From positions 868,001-932,000 of the forward strand of contig OX337238.1 of assembly GCA_946965045.2 (NCBI GenBank): 64,000 nt of DNA, written 5' to 3'. Each line of letters opens with the position of its first letter. Positions within the stretch are counted from its first letter, which is position 1. This stretch comes from Epithemia pelagica (taxonomy: Eukaryota > Protista > Bacillariophyta). This document shows, in pieces, positions 30,810-43,969 of this stretch. The notes beneath the pieces are model-generated. The model was not told the origin of the DNA and did not search any database. It saw only the letters and a program-made list of their open reading frames with translations. A program made the position numbers and the translations under genes.

Positions 30810-32486
30810 TCAATTCTCGTCCTTCCCAAAAACCGCATGCTCAAGCGAACCAAGACGATCAGAAAGTTGAACCATCATGGTCCTTTGTTCAATCATCATA
30901 TCTTCCAGTTTGACGAATCGATCTTCGGGATCATCGCAGCCATTGGTGTTTTCAACAAGGGGACGACCCGACGCAGGTAGTTGTTCGTGTCCTGTCATCG
31001 AAGCGGATTCATGGTCATACTCTGCATGCTGGCTGGCAAGTTTCCTATCATGTTCCACCTGCTTATTCTTGGACACTAGCTCTTTCAACTTTTGGATCTT
31101 TTCTGCAACTGGAATACGTGCCTTGAAACCATCTTTCTGCCTCAACTCCTGTTGGAGTTGGCTAATTTCCTCCTCCAGTTGCGACACGGAGCGGAACTTG
31201 TCGTCATGAAACCGGGATTGCAGCCGTGGAAGCAGGGATTCTGCCTTTACAGCGCTCTCCAAAAGCTCTACGTTGTCAGGTTCCAGGTTTGCAGCTTCAA
31301 TCGCACCTTGAACCCTTTCAATTTCCATATGCAGTTCAGCACGACACGAATAGTCCTGTGAACAAGCAGAACTGCTGGTGAGAGCAAATTTTCGCAATAC
31401 AAAAATAAAATCACACTGCGACAACCCTCGCACCTTGATGTGATCCTTGATGTCAATCAATGGAAGCGTCTCACTGGAATCCAACTCGTATCCACCAATG
31501 ACAACAAGTCCGCCCGACGTGGACACCATGCTTGGACCGATCCGTCCCAGGGCCATATCGGGTAGGTTGAACACAACATTGCGCTCCGTATCCAAGACTT
31601 CTGCGGACTTCAAAGTATAATCGTAGTCGTAAAGACGCAGACCGCCAGACACAATGACACAAGACCCCACTTGGACAACAGCATGTTGGTTTCGCTGTAC
31701 AGAAAGAACCAGATCCTTGTGAATCGTCCATTCCGATGACGAAGGAAATATGAAACCGGCAGTCTCTTTATTCTCTTGAGAAGCTTCGTTGAATTCCAAG
31801 TATTCAACAGAGTTTAATACATTTCCATTGTATCCACCAACGACAAAGATGCGACGGTCAACGACAGCCATCGCACAGAAATGTCGAGCGACCTTCATGG
31901 AAGGTCCGACAATGACACTGTGTCCAGTTTTCTGCATCGTATCAATGATGTCAGTCGACGACAAGTAACTTCCATTGGATCCACCGGCGACCATAATAAA
32001 TCGATCATGCACCACAGCAGCAGCACATCCATACCTTGGAGTTGACAAGTAACAGTTCAATGTTGTCCATTGTTTCTTGTTGTTGGTTGTACACGTTGTT
32101 TCCAACAAATCATCGACAGCAATCCGTTCAATTGAATCCAGGTAACCACAACCATTACAAAATCCTCCCAACACATAGACAAAGCCATTGCAAACGACTG
32201 CAGCATGTCCATGTCGTTTTGGTTTCAGGTTTGGTGCTTCTTTCCATTCCTTCTTGTCATTTCCCAAATTCATCAACAATACGGAATCTGTTTGACTGAT
32301 TGATTTATATCCTCCAATGACAACCACTATCTGTTGATCGGTTTCCTTGTCCTTTACAACAACTGATGCATGGTTGTAGCGCCATCCACCCAAAAGTGGC
32401 GGCAACGAGTCGGACTTCCATTGTGGTTCTTCATCCTTGTCAGTGTCAAGAAAGACAAGCTTGGACAATTTCACTTCGTTTTGCAT
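30810..32486 (-). CDS. Kelch-repeat protein copy 1 + C-terminal helical/coiled-coil module (probable intron 31356-31433)
   Basis: Six Kelch-type repeats (VIGG, YVLGG, VAGG, FVVGG, VSGG, VIGG with downstream W/L motifs). Confidence 0.85.
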   Translation of the reverse strand: MQNEVKLSKLVFLDTDKDEEPQWKSDSLPPLLGGWRYNHASVVVKDKETDQQIVVVIGGYKSISQTDSVLLMNLGNDKKEWKEAPNLKPKRHGHAAVVCNGFVYVLGGFCNGCGYLDSIERIAVDDLLETTCTTNNKKQWTTLNCYLSTPRYGCAAAVVHDRFIMVAGGSNGSYLSSTDIIDTMQKTGHSVIVGPSMKVARHFCAMAVVDRRIFVVGGYNGNVLNSVEYLEFNEASQENKETAGFIFPSSSEWTIHKDLVLSVQRNQHAVVQVGSCVIVSGGLRLYDYDYTLKSAEVLDTERNVVFNLPDMALGRIGPSMVSTSGGLVVIGGYELDSSETLPLIDIKDHIKVRGLSQCDFIFVLRKFALTSSSACSQDYSCRAELHMEIERVQGAIEAANLEPDNVELLESAVKAESLLPRLQSRFHDDKFRSVSQLEEEISQLQQELRQKDGFKARIPVAEKIQKLKELVSKNKQVEHDRKLASQHAEYDHESASMTGHEQLPASGRPLVENTNGCDDPEDRFVKLEDMMIEQRTMMVQLSDRLGSLEHAVFGKDEN

Positions 32487-33478
32487 GGTCCTTTGATCAC
32501 TTGGTGCAACACAAAAAAGTAAGCGCTCTCCACAGTTTGTTGATGCGAAACTCGCCGTGGCCTGCCCAGCGGAGTCGAAATCCATCTCCGTCGTGGATCC
32601 CACACGTTATCATCCGTTGTCAATCACATACTGTCATAAAATGTCCTCTTTTCTTCTCCATCGTGAAGCGCTCCTCCATCGTGTCGATTCTCGTCTTCGC
32701 TCGACCAATGCGATTGGTGGACAGACAGTGCGCGCAAGCGCAGATGGATCTGCGAGTGGATACGTCCCCTGCCTGGCGAACGGAAAGACTCCCATGCGCC
32801 CCTACCTTATCTACTTCTCTGTACGTTTTATGCTCGGACTGGACGCCGACATCCGACATACGTTGTCCAATGGGATCAATGACATAAGCTCATCTGCGAC
32901 AAGTCCTTTGGGAATGAATTCCCCCAAGAAATCTTCCCAACCAATAATGTATCATTAATATCTGTCAAAACGACAACCACCAACGGAGGAACCGCAACCC
33001 ATCGCCATCATTCGATTTCGCCATGAGATAGCAGATAAGGAGGCTCCACATTCGGCGAAACAAATCCTGAAACACACACATACACATGCACGACTGTTGC
33101 ATTTGGCGTCCACCACATTGCGTGTATGTGGGTGTGTAAGAAGCGTGTACACTCTCTTGCATGTTCTCTTCTCTCCATTTTCAATTTTCCCTCTCTCTTT
33201 CTCTCTCGAATCATGTGAAAACCAACACAGACACGAGTTATCGCCATCGAATGCGCTACTTCACACTACGAATCCACCGTAAGCCTACTATCTCTCTTGT
33301 TGGTTGCACAAACACATACCGCCTTGGCGGGAGTTTTTTCGTCTGGTCGCGTTCGGTTCAAATCGACCAAAAAGAAGAAGAAGAAGCAACAACGAACGCC
33401 AAAACGCAGAGGAAAGTTTGAGACATTGCACAATATTATCTCTGTTTCCCATGCAATACGTAGACAATAGACTCACTT

Positions 33479-34852
33479 GTGCTGCCTCAAACAATAGATG
33501 AAGTGTCCGTACAGCTCATCTTCAGCACCGGGGCACCCCCGTCGTCGAGAAGTGATTGGAACACCCAAATTTACGTTGCCGCTTTGCCTCCCTTTGTTCT
33601 TGGCATACCCGAGCGACAAGTACAGCTTTTCTTGTCCGAAATTCATCTCGGCGTACCAAATGGGTCATTGCCAACATATTGAATCACGAGCATTGCCGCG
33701 TCTTGCCGGAAAAGTATCATGAGTATTTTACATCCGTGTACAGCCGTGCAGTACTTGGTCGAGAAGGCCTCCCGCCGTGCAGCCTCCGCTTTATTTCCGG
33801 ACAGGGCTATGGTACGTCCAACATAAAGGACACGCATGTCAAATGTGGCAAGAGGAAGGAAATGTTGCGATTTGCAAACATGGGGGTTCCGCGACGGTGC
33901 TTACGATTTTGGATATTTCTTCCAATCCCCATGTTGCCGCCTGTTTGGCCGACAAAATTCCGCCATCTTGGGACGAACTGCAAAAGTGGAACAAGAGACA
34001 AGTCTTTGCCGATCTACCATTTCCCTTGGCCTGTAGCAAGAGTACTTTGTCTTGGCGCTGTCGCGTGGGATGGGACGGTCAACATGCTTGCTCGAGCGAT
34101 CATCCCGATTACAAGCTTGATGAATTAGACCCCAAATTCAGCGACTTGTTGTGCTTTCCTGTTGCAAATTGTATCCTTGCTGCCATCAAGATGCGCTATT
34201 GCGAAGGGGACAGTCACAACTTGGATCAAATTTTCTGAGACAAGTTTCTGCAACTCCAGACGCGATACTTGAAGAAGAAGGACCGTGACGTGCCTCCGCC
34301 GCCGACTTGCAGCAACCTGACTCATCTGCAGACTCTCCTTGACAATGGTATGCTGCGCATCAATCCGGAATCCTTTGATTGCATTCTATATCAGCGAGAG
34401 CGTGAATGGTTCCCCACACGCGAACTTGCGGTTGTGCTCGCCGTCGATCAGGCCGACGGCAAAATAGCGGGGCAACAATTGTCAAGTTCGTGATCGAGAC
34501 AATTACTGCCTGGTACAGAGAGGATCCTCAAGAGCGCTATTGGAAAAAAGTGTTTGAGATTCCCTATAGCCATCGGGAAGAGGAAAACGCCTGGCGAAAC
34601 TTGATACACATGATGGGAGACTTGCGATTTGAGCTATTGGATTGCTATTTTTTCATCAGCAATACAGCCATCGCCCCTTGCGAGATGGATGAAGGCGAGT
34701 CGAACGTGGACTTGAAAGACTTGGCGCTCTACTTTCCTCATTTCATGGACCTCGTGGAGACTGTTCAGAACTGGATTGAGATGGGCAATGCCGAGTCAAG
34801 TTTGGAAAGCAGTCGTACAGACGATGATTGTGTTGCTGGGGCTTGTCGGTAA
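33479..34852 (+). pseudogene. Frameshifted remnant of an unknown gene
   Basis: Chain of overlapping protein-like ORFs in different frames with an in-frame TGA at 34236-34238. No family recognised. Confidence 0.3.
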
Positions 34853-35339
34853 TCCGAGGTTTGGCAGTGACCAACCCAGTAGTCACTATGTTCCTAGAAT
34901 ATGGGCAGCAGGTTTGATATTGACCTCATTGTCGGAGGTGGTGCTCAGGACCGGCAGCAAGAAATTGTGACGCGCTTGTTGATGTCGTCGATGGAAAGGT
35001 TGGCACTTTTGGAACAGCACCTGATGCCAATACCCCCATTCTTGATTCCAACATGGTTGTAGCCATGATGCTTTATGCCACTGTTTCGAAGTTTGCTGTT
35101 CTTTTCCTTACTCTTTCCTCTCTGGCTTTGTCCCACAAAGAAGCTTCGATCTATGAAAGTCGTCTTGTCAGTGCGTCTATTTCCGGTTAGAGCTTGGATT
35201 TACGATCACGCATTCTCGCAATGGAGTGTAGCGAGGTCAGTAAATGTAAAAGGGGTACCTTTCTATTTTCTAGGTAAGACGTTTCTTAGACTGCGAAATT
35301 GGTGTATTCGTTCGTAAAAAGATGCATCACGAAATGTAA

Positions 35340-37041
35340 CTAGTTCTCGTTCTGTGAGAGCACTAGATTGTCAAGCTGGTCAACGCGCTGAGAAATTTTG
35401 AACATCATGCTCTTCAGTTCAACAATCATATCTTCCAGTTTGAGGATTCGGTCTTCAGTACCATCGCAATCATCAGAGAGCTCAACAGTGCCGCGGCCAG
35501 ACACGGGTAGTGATTCGTTTCCTGTTACCCACTCAGATTCAGACTCAGCATCTGAATTCTGACTCGCAGGTTTCCTTTCATCTTCCAACTTCTTATTCTT
35601 GGCAGCAAGCTTTTCTAACGCTTCAATCTTCCGAGCAATTGGAAGACATCCAGCTAGAACTTCAATTTCCTGTAACTCTCCATCAAGTTGGTTAATATTT
35701 TCTTCAAGCTCTTGCACAGAGCGGAACTTTTCGTCGTGATCACGAAGCCCTTCCATAAGAGGCAGCAAGGATTCCGCCTCGATGGCCTCTTCCAGTACAT
35801 TGACATTGCGACGTTCTTTATGCGCACATTCAATCGCAGAGACAAGTTTTTCAATGTTTGTGTCCAGCTCGGCACGACATGAATACATGTTCTTTAGAAA
35901 AAGGCAACAATCAAAGCCAATGTAAGAACAGCAGGACAATGCCAAAACCCAACTTGTCCAGAACCTTTCAGCTACAAACCAAGCCATACTACAACAGACG
36001 CCGTACCTTGATGTGATCCTTCAGGTCAATCAATGCAAGCGCCTCACTGGAATCCATATTTTGCCCACCAATAACAGCAATTCCGTCCGACATGGACACC
36101 ATGCTTGGAGCGTTCCGTTTGGCAGTCATATCGGGTAGGTTGAACACGACATTGCGCTCCGTATCCAATACTTCTACGGACTTCAACATTTCACCGCCAG
36201 CCACAATCAAACAAGGCCCAACTCTAACAATAGCATGTAGGTAACGCGCGACAGAAAGAACAAGATCCTTGTGAACCGTCCATTCCGATGACGAAGGAAA
36301 AATGAAACCGGCAGTCTCATTATTCTCTCGAGAAGCTTCGTTGAATTCCAAATATTCAACAGAGTTCAAGAAAGAACTTCCATCGGATCCACCAACGACA
36401 AAGATGCGACGGTCAACAACAGCCATTGCACAGAATCGTCGAGCGAACTTCATGGACGGTCCGGCAATGACAGTGTGTTGAGTTTTTACTACCGTATCAA
36501 TGATGTCAGTCGACGACAAGTTACTTCCATTATATCCAGCGGCAACCACAATAAATCGATCATGTACCACAGCAGCGGCACATCCATTTCTTGGAGTAGA
36601 CAAGCGACAGTTCAATGTTGTCCATTGTTTCTTGTTGTTGGTCGTACACGTTGTTTCCAACAAATCATCGACAGCAATCCGTTCTATTGAATTCAGGTAA
36701 CCATAACCATTACAAAATCCTCCCAACACATAGACAAAGCCATTGCAAACGACTGCAGCATGTCCCTGTCGTTTTTGATTCAGGTTTGGTGCTTCTTTCC
36801 ATTCCTTCGTTTCTTTTCCCAAATTGATCAACAAAACTGAATTTGTATCGCCATTTGATTTAGATCCTCCAATGACAACAACTATCTGTTGATCGGTTTC
36901 CTTGTCCTTTACAACAACCGATGCATGATAACAACGCCATCCACCCAAAAGTGGCGGCAACGAGTCGGGCTTCCACTGTGGTTCTTCATCCTTGTCAGTG
37001 TCAAGAAAGACAAGCTTGGACGATTTCACTTCGTTTTGCAT
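35340..37041 (-). CDS. Kelch-repeat protein copy 2 (exons 37041-36007, 35891-35340)
   Basis: Paralog of copy 1. The GTACGG...AAAG intron keeps the frame. Confidence 0.85.
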
Positions 37042-38029
37042 GGTCCTTTGATAATTTGGTGCAACACAAAAAAGTGTGTCCAAGAAAGTCGTGTTGAAAT
37101 CGCAGCTTTTGATGTGAAACACCGCCAGTTCGGAGGCGACAACATTCTGCTCAATTCAGCTATTGATGTGAAACACTCAGCCGGAATCGTCGCTACACGA
37201 ACCGTTGAGCTTCTTTGAACCGTGGATCTTTTCCATCGTCCATGGATCTCCGTTATAGGCATTCTGTTATGGATCAATCTCCGTGCACCGTGCACGCCGT
37301 GGCCTATGCAGCGGAGTCGAAACCCACACGTTATCACCTGTTGTCAATCATATACTGTCATAAAGTGTCCTCTCTTCTTCTTCTCGCTCGTTTGGAAATG
37401 GATGTGTTCCATCGTGAAGCGCTCCTCCATGGTGAATTATTTTCTCGTCGACCAATGCGATTCGTGGAACGTGGACATGTGGACAGAAAGTGCGCGCAAG
37501 CGTAGATGGATCTGCGAGTGGATACCTCCCCTGTCTGGCGAACGGAAAGACTCGCATGCGCCCCTTACAGACTCGTACATTGTACTCGGACTGGATGCCG
37601 ACATGTATTGTCTAATGATCGATGACACAGGTTCCCCAGCGACATGTCCTATATGGGAATGAATTCCCCCAAGAAATCCTCCCAATCAATAATCCATCCA
37701 CGCACATCAAAGATTCGAAACTCGAGAAAGACACGCAACGAAGACGACTTCCACAACAGGAGGCGGAGGAACCGCAACCCATTGCCATTCGATTTCATTC
37801 GAGCATGGGAGTGAATGAGATAAGGAGGCTCCATATCACTACGATCGTGTGAAACAACCACGAGGCGAACCAAATCCTGAACACACACTCACACACGGCT
37901 GCTCCAATTGGTGTCCGTCCATCGGAACCACATTGTGTGTGTGGAAGAAGCGTCTACGCACTCTTTCTCTCTCTCGAATCATGTGTGTGTGTGTGAAAAC
38001 CAACGCAGACACGAGGGATCGCCATCGAA

Positions 38030-38740
38030 TACGCTACTCCACCACAAGCGCCACTCTCTCTCGCAACACAACTCAGCACTCTGAGTCGGAGGGCGTATCC
38101 ACAACTACTCGTGACTTTGGATCAATCCACCACGAACGAACGAAATAACAATAAGAAGATGAACTGTGACTGTCTGTGTAATACATTCACAGTTCTCGCA
38201 ATCGATCGTATCATTCTTGCATGCCCGACTGTCCCCACATGATGCAGTGTGTCGAATCCAATGGCATGACCTGCCCGGAATCCATTGCTCCTTCTCCAGA
38301 CAGCAATAACCACCACAAGAACAACCACAGGAACAATCACCGAATTCTTGGACGGAGAGGTCCATGGTCTTGTTGGTAGCGGTGGCGGCCTATGCTCTCA
38401 GGACTCATTACGGACGCGACAGGGATGATTACCAGTATTACGATTCGTATACGCGTCCTTCCTCCTCCTTGTCTTGTTGGTTTGGCATTCACAACACGAC
38501 TCGGTGGGATGCTCCCTTGCAAAGTTGGTTGTTGGCCACACCAGATGACGACGATCATCAAGTCGAGGACCAGAACGATGACGAAGAAGCGTATTATCAT
38601 CGTCACCAACAAGGCCATCCGGAAGTGCCCTCCTATGCGCGACACTATCATCCGTCATCCTCTTCGTGGTTGGTTGTCGGACGTGGCAGCGACTCGACCA
38701 ATCTCCTAGCCGTTGAACCCAACCACAACACGACGATTTC
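38030..38740 (+). pseudogene. Internally deleted VSR-like gene remnant
   Basis: The leader matches 43560-43775 and jumps at ~38226 to sequence matching 45395-45897 (TM and tail). About 1.6 kb is missing. Confidence 0.8.
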
Positions 38741-38962
38741 AAAACATTGCCCTTGAGATATTCAAGGCGAATTGATACAGTTTCTGCAACAGCGGCCATG
38801 AGAGGAGAGGACCATTCGTGGGTTTCTTGCCACTGTTCATTGCCCCTTTACTCGTATGTTCCTGTGTCAAATGCGAGGAGGAATCTCCAGTGCATGTTGT
38901 GCTGTTGTCGATGACATCCAAGGACGAAAAGGATTTGTGATTGTTGTTGTCCTTGGAGGAAC

Positions 38963-39637
38963 CTACAATATTAACTCGTCATCTTGTTTCCACAGGGCCA
39001 AGCCTTCCAACCATTGCAACAAATCATGTGCCGAAGTGGTCCTTGTGACATTGTTGGTCGTAATAGTACTCGTCATGCAATGGGTCGCCCACATGGATTC
39101 CAACCATACAAAACCCAATCGTGCCGCCACCTGGACCAAGTCCAAGGGCAAGGTAGGAGCCGTAATGGTTGTTGTTGGTGTAGTGGTTGACGATGACACT
39201 GCAAGACGTATCGATCTACTACTCGGATCGATGGTCCAATTCCACCAACCAATCCTTGGTAGGAGGACGGCGACTCGTTCGAAGGGGTAGGAGGACGGCG
39301 ACTCGTTCGAAGGAGAAGTGGCCAATTTTGTGGTTGGATTCCGAACCATACGTTGCAGCAACACTTGATTGTATCGATGTGCTATAGTCGTTGGTTTAGT
39401 ACTTGCCACTGATACCGCCGAAGGACTGTTGGAATGATTCCCTTGTCGTCCTCTGGATACAAAAATTGAAAGGGTACGAGGGCATATTTCCTTGATATTC
39501 GTACCAGAAGGGGAAACTTGCTGTTGTTGTGGGTTGTTATTGTTGTTGCTGTTGCTCGAACTGTTGTTGCTATGATTGCGGTTGCAGTGATGGTGGTAAA
39601 CACATTTTCCCATTTTCAATAGCAAACCAATGCACAC
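38963..39637 (-). CDS. Hypothetical low-complexity ORF (224 aa)
   Basis: N/Q/S/T-rich ORF containing a ~28-bp tandem duplication at ~39260-39315. May be a pseudogene. Confidence 0.3.
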   Translation of the reverse strand: MCIGLLLKMGKCVYHHHCNRNHSNNSSSNSNNNNNPQQQQVSPSGTNIKEICPRTLSIFVSRGRQGNHSNSPSAVSVASTKPTTIAHRYNQVLLQRMVRNPTTKLATSPSNESPSSYPFERVAVLLPRIGWWNWTIDPSSRSIRLAVSSSTTTPTTTITAPTLPLDLVQVAARLGFVWLESMWATHCMTSTITTNNVTRTTSAHDLLQWLEGLALWKQDDELIL

Positions 39638-40399
39638 TCACCCGGATGAAACAAGAGAAGAGGAACCGAGAGAGATTACAATTCAGGAGACAACACAATT
39701 TTGCTGGTCACTCTAGAAGAAGAACGCTGAAGCAAGGTCTTGCTTGGAAATTGCGCCTTGCGTCGTTTCTGCCATTGTCGTCGACACTGTTTCTTGATCG
39801 TCTGAACGCCCAAAAAGAGTCTATCCTCTTCATGAGTGCCGTGGATCTATTCGGAGGTTGAGCTACTCCTTTGCTTTTCCCATAGGGGCATACTTAGTCC
39901 CAAACTCCTAGTTCTAGAAAAGATTTTGGTTTGCGATTGGGCCATGGATTGAGAGGAAGTTGAAGTGGTGCAAAACGATATATACAATAGGTCAGCACTC
40001 CAACCACAATCAATGGAAACAAGGAGTAAACCCTTCAACCACAATCAATGGAAAGATCTGTCATACAGGTTCCATCCTCCGCTCTCGTTCGTCCATCCAC
40101 CGACCCCGTGCTTCGTCGACCCACTCCATCTCAAGAAAGGATTCACATTCATGGATGTCAACAAAGTGGGTGGCTATCATTTTAATGATAATGATCTGAA
40201 TGATGATTAGTTGTGCAATTGTAGTCGGGTGGACTTTCGCCCTTTCAGACCAACAAACTAGGACCGGCCATCTGCTGCCTGCTAATTCACTTGTCAATGT
40301 AGCGATGCCAGTGACGGGAAACGGGTACCTCTCTATGCAAGACGTTACTAAGGATAAATAAATGGTAGTTGTTCATAAAAGGATGATCACGAAATAGGA

Positions 40400-42552
40400 C
40401 TAAGTCTCGTTCTCCCCGTGCACCGGATTCTCAAGCAGACGAAGACGAACAGAAAGTTGGTCCATCATACTCCTTTGTTCAGCAATTATGCTCTTTAGTT
40501 CAACAATCATATCTTCCAGTTTGAGGATTCGGTCTTCGGGACCATCGCAATCATCAGAGAGCTCAACAGTGCCGCGGTCAGACACGGGCAGCGTTTCGTT
40601 TCCTGTCACCCAACCAGATTCTGATTCATCCTCTGCATTGTGGCCATCATCATGGTTCCTTTCATCTTCCGCCATCTTGTTCTGGGCAACAAGCTTTTCC
40701 AACGCTTCAATCTTCCGAGCAATTGGAAGATATCCATCTAGAATGTCAATCTCCTGCAACTCTCCTTCCAGTTGGCTATTATTTTCTGCAAGCTCTTGCA
40801 CAGAGCGGAACTTTTCGTCGTGATCACGAAGCCATTCCATAAGAGGAAGCAAGGATTGCGCCTCGATGGCCTCTTTAACTGCAGTGACATTGCGACGTTC
40901 TTTATGCGCACGTTCAATTACACAATGGAGTTTTTGTATCTTTTTGTCCAGCTCGGCACGACATGAATACTTGTTCTGTATTCAAGATAGAACACAATCA
41001 CCGTGAGATACCGATCGCCGTTTTATTCAAATCACACTGCAGCAAAAGTCCTACCTTGATCTGTTTCTTCTTGTCACTCAGTTCAAAAGTCTCACAGGAT
41101 TCCAAATCGTATCCACCAAGGGCAACAAGATCTTTCAATTTCTGGATCTTCTTAGCAACTGGCAGACGCGCCTTGAAACCATTCATCTCCTTCAAAACCT
41201 TTTGGAGTTGGTCAATTCCCTCCTTCAGTTCATGTACAGACCGGAACTTGTCGTCGCGGTCACGCAAGGACTGCATCAGTGGAAGTACGGATTCTGCCTC
41301 AATAGCGTCTTTCAAAACCTGCTCATTATCGGAATCCAGATTTGCATGTTCAATCGCACGGCTTAGCTTTTCAATGTTTGTATCCAGCTCGGCCCGACAC
41401 GAATACAAGTTCTGTAGAAAAAGGCAACAATCAAAGCCAATGTAAGACAAGCAGGACAATGCCAAAACCCAACTTGTCCAGGACCTTGCATTTACAAACC
41501 AAGCCATACTACAACAGACGCCGTACCTTGATGTGATCCTTCAGGTCAATCAATGGAAGCGCCTCACTGGAATCCAAGTTTTGCCCACCAATGACAGCAA
41601 TTCCGTCCGACATGGACACCATGCTTGGGGCGCACCGTCCGGTGGTCATATCGGGTAGGTTGAACACAACATTGCGCTTCGTATCCAATACTTCTGCGGA
41701 CTTGCCTCCAGCCACAATCAAACAAAATCCAACTGTAACAACAGCATGTAGGTGACGCGCGACAGAAAGAACAAGATAGTTGTGAACCGTCCATTCCGAT
41801 GACGAAGGAAAAATAAAACCGGCAGTCTCATTATTCTCTCGAGAAGCTTCGTTGAATTCCAAATATTCAACAGAGTTTACTTCGGAACTTCCGTTGTGTC
41901 CACCGACGACAAAGATGCGACGGTCAACAACAGCCATTGCACAGAATCGTCGAGCGACCTTCATGGACGGTCCGGCAATGACAGTGTGTTGGGTTTTCAC
42001 TACCGTATCAATGATGTCAGTCGATGACAAGTAACTTCCATTGTATCCACCGGCGACCACAATAAATCGATCATGTACCACAACAGCGGCACATCCATTT
42101 CTTGGAGTAGACAAGCGACAGTTCAATGTCGTCCACTGTTTCTTGTTGTTGGTAGTACACGTTGTTTCCAACAAATCATCGACAGCAATCCGTTCAATTG
42201 AATTCAGGTAACCACAACCATTACAAAATCCTCCCAACACATAGACAAAGCCATTACAAACGACGGCAGCATGTCCACGTCGTTTTTGATTCAGGTATGG
42301 TGCTTCGTTCCACTGTTTCTCGTCTTTTCCCAAATTCATCAACAAAACTGAATTTGTGATATCGCCTGATTTATATCCTCCAATGACAACAACTGTCTGT
42401 TGATCGGTTTCCTTGTCCTTGACAGCAACTGATGCATGATAAGAACGCCATCCACCCAAAAGAGGCGGCACCGAGTCGGTCTTCCATTGTGGTTCTTCAT
42501 CCTTGTCAGTGTCAAGAAAGACAAGCTTGGACGATTTCACTTCGTTTTGCAT
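40400..42552 (-). CDS. Kelch-repeat protein copy 3 with duplicated C-terminal exon (exons 42552-41527, 41411-41055, 40975-40400)
   Basis: Two successive N(L/K)YSCRAELD modules, each preceded by a phase-0 GT-AG intron. Confidence 0.8.
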
Positions 42553-43969
42553 GGTCCTTTGATAATTTGGTGCAACACAAAAAAGTGTGGTGAAGAAAGT
42601 CGTGTTGAAATCTGAGCTTTTGATGTACCAGTTCGGAGGCGACAACATTTTGCTCCACTCAGCTTTTCATGTGAAACACTAAGCCGGCATGGTGCATCGT
42701 CGCGTTGAGCTTCTTTGAACAGTTGATCTCAATGGTTCTCCGTTTTAGATGCCACATGGCTCTCTCTTATGGATCAATCGGCGTGCACCTTACACGCCGT
42801 GGCCTATGGAGCGGAGGCCAAATTCATCATCGTGGTGGATCCCACACGGTCAATCACATGCTGTCATAAAATGTCGTCTCTCATGGAGTTTTTGTTCCAT
42901 CGTGTGGCGTAATAATATAGGTAATAGCGCTTCGATTCTCGTCGTCGCTCGACCAATGCGATTCATGTTGACGTGTGGACAGACAGTGCGCGCAAGCGCA
43001 GATTGATCTGCGAGTGGATACCACCCCTGCCTGGCGAACGGAGAGACTCCCATGCGCCCCAGACATACTCGTACTTACATTGTACTCGGACTGCTGGACG
43101 CCGAAGTAATGTCCCTTGTCCTTTGTCCCATGATCGATGACATAAGTCCACCTACGACATGTCCTATATGGGAATGAATTCCCCCAAGACATCTTCCCAA
43201 CCAATAATCTAGCTGCAATCTGTCAAGACGACCCACATCACAAAAGCGAAGACCACGACAACGATAGGAGGCGGAGGAACCGCAACCCATTGCCATTCGA
43301 TTTCGCTCGAGCATCTGATGAATGAGATGAGGAGGCTCCACATCTCACCACGATCGTGTGAAACAACCACGAGGCGAACCAAATCCTGAACGTACAGACG
43401 ACTGCGACCGTGCCCATCGGAACCACATTGTGTGTGTGTGGAAGAAACGTGTACACATTCTCGCACGGTCTCTTAAAAGGATCCACCGCCACCCCCATTT
43501 TCCCACTCTTTCTTTTTTCTCCAATCATGGATGTGTGTGGGTGAGTTCCAAGAGACACGAGGGATCGCCATCGAATGCGCCACTCCACACTACGTATCCA
43601 CCGCAAGCGCCACTCTCGCGCAATGCGCAATAACACACGCTGTACGCATCCACAACTCTACTCGTGACTTTGGATCAATCCACTACGAACGAAACAACAA
43701 TAAGATGATGAACTGTGACTGTCTGTGTAATACATTCACAGTTCTCACAATCGATCGTATCATTCTTGAATGCCCAACGTGTTTGCGTTTGTGGGGGAAG
43801 GATGATTCTTGTTTCGCCTCGATCAACTTGGATCAACTCTGACTCTCATTTTTTTGCAACCGTAACTCCCTCCACCACATTTCGACCTATACACCAGAAG
43901 AACGAACCAGTCCCCTTTCCTTCCAAACTCCTTGCATCCGATCAAGTCAAGTCCAGCCAAGTTCTGCTG

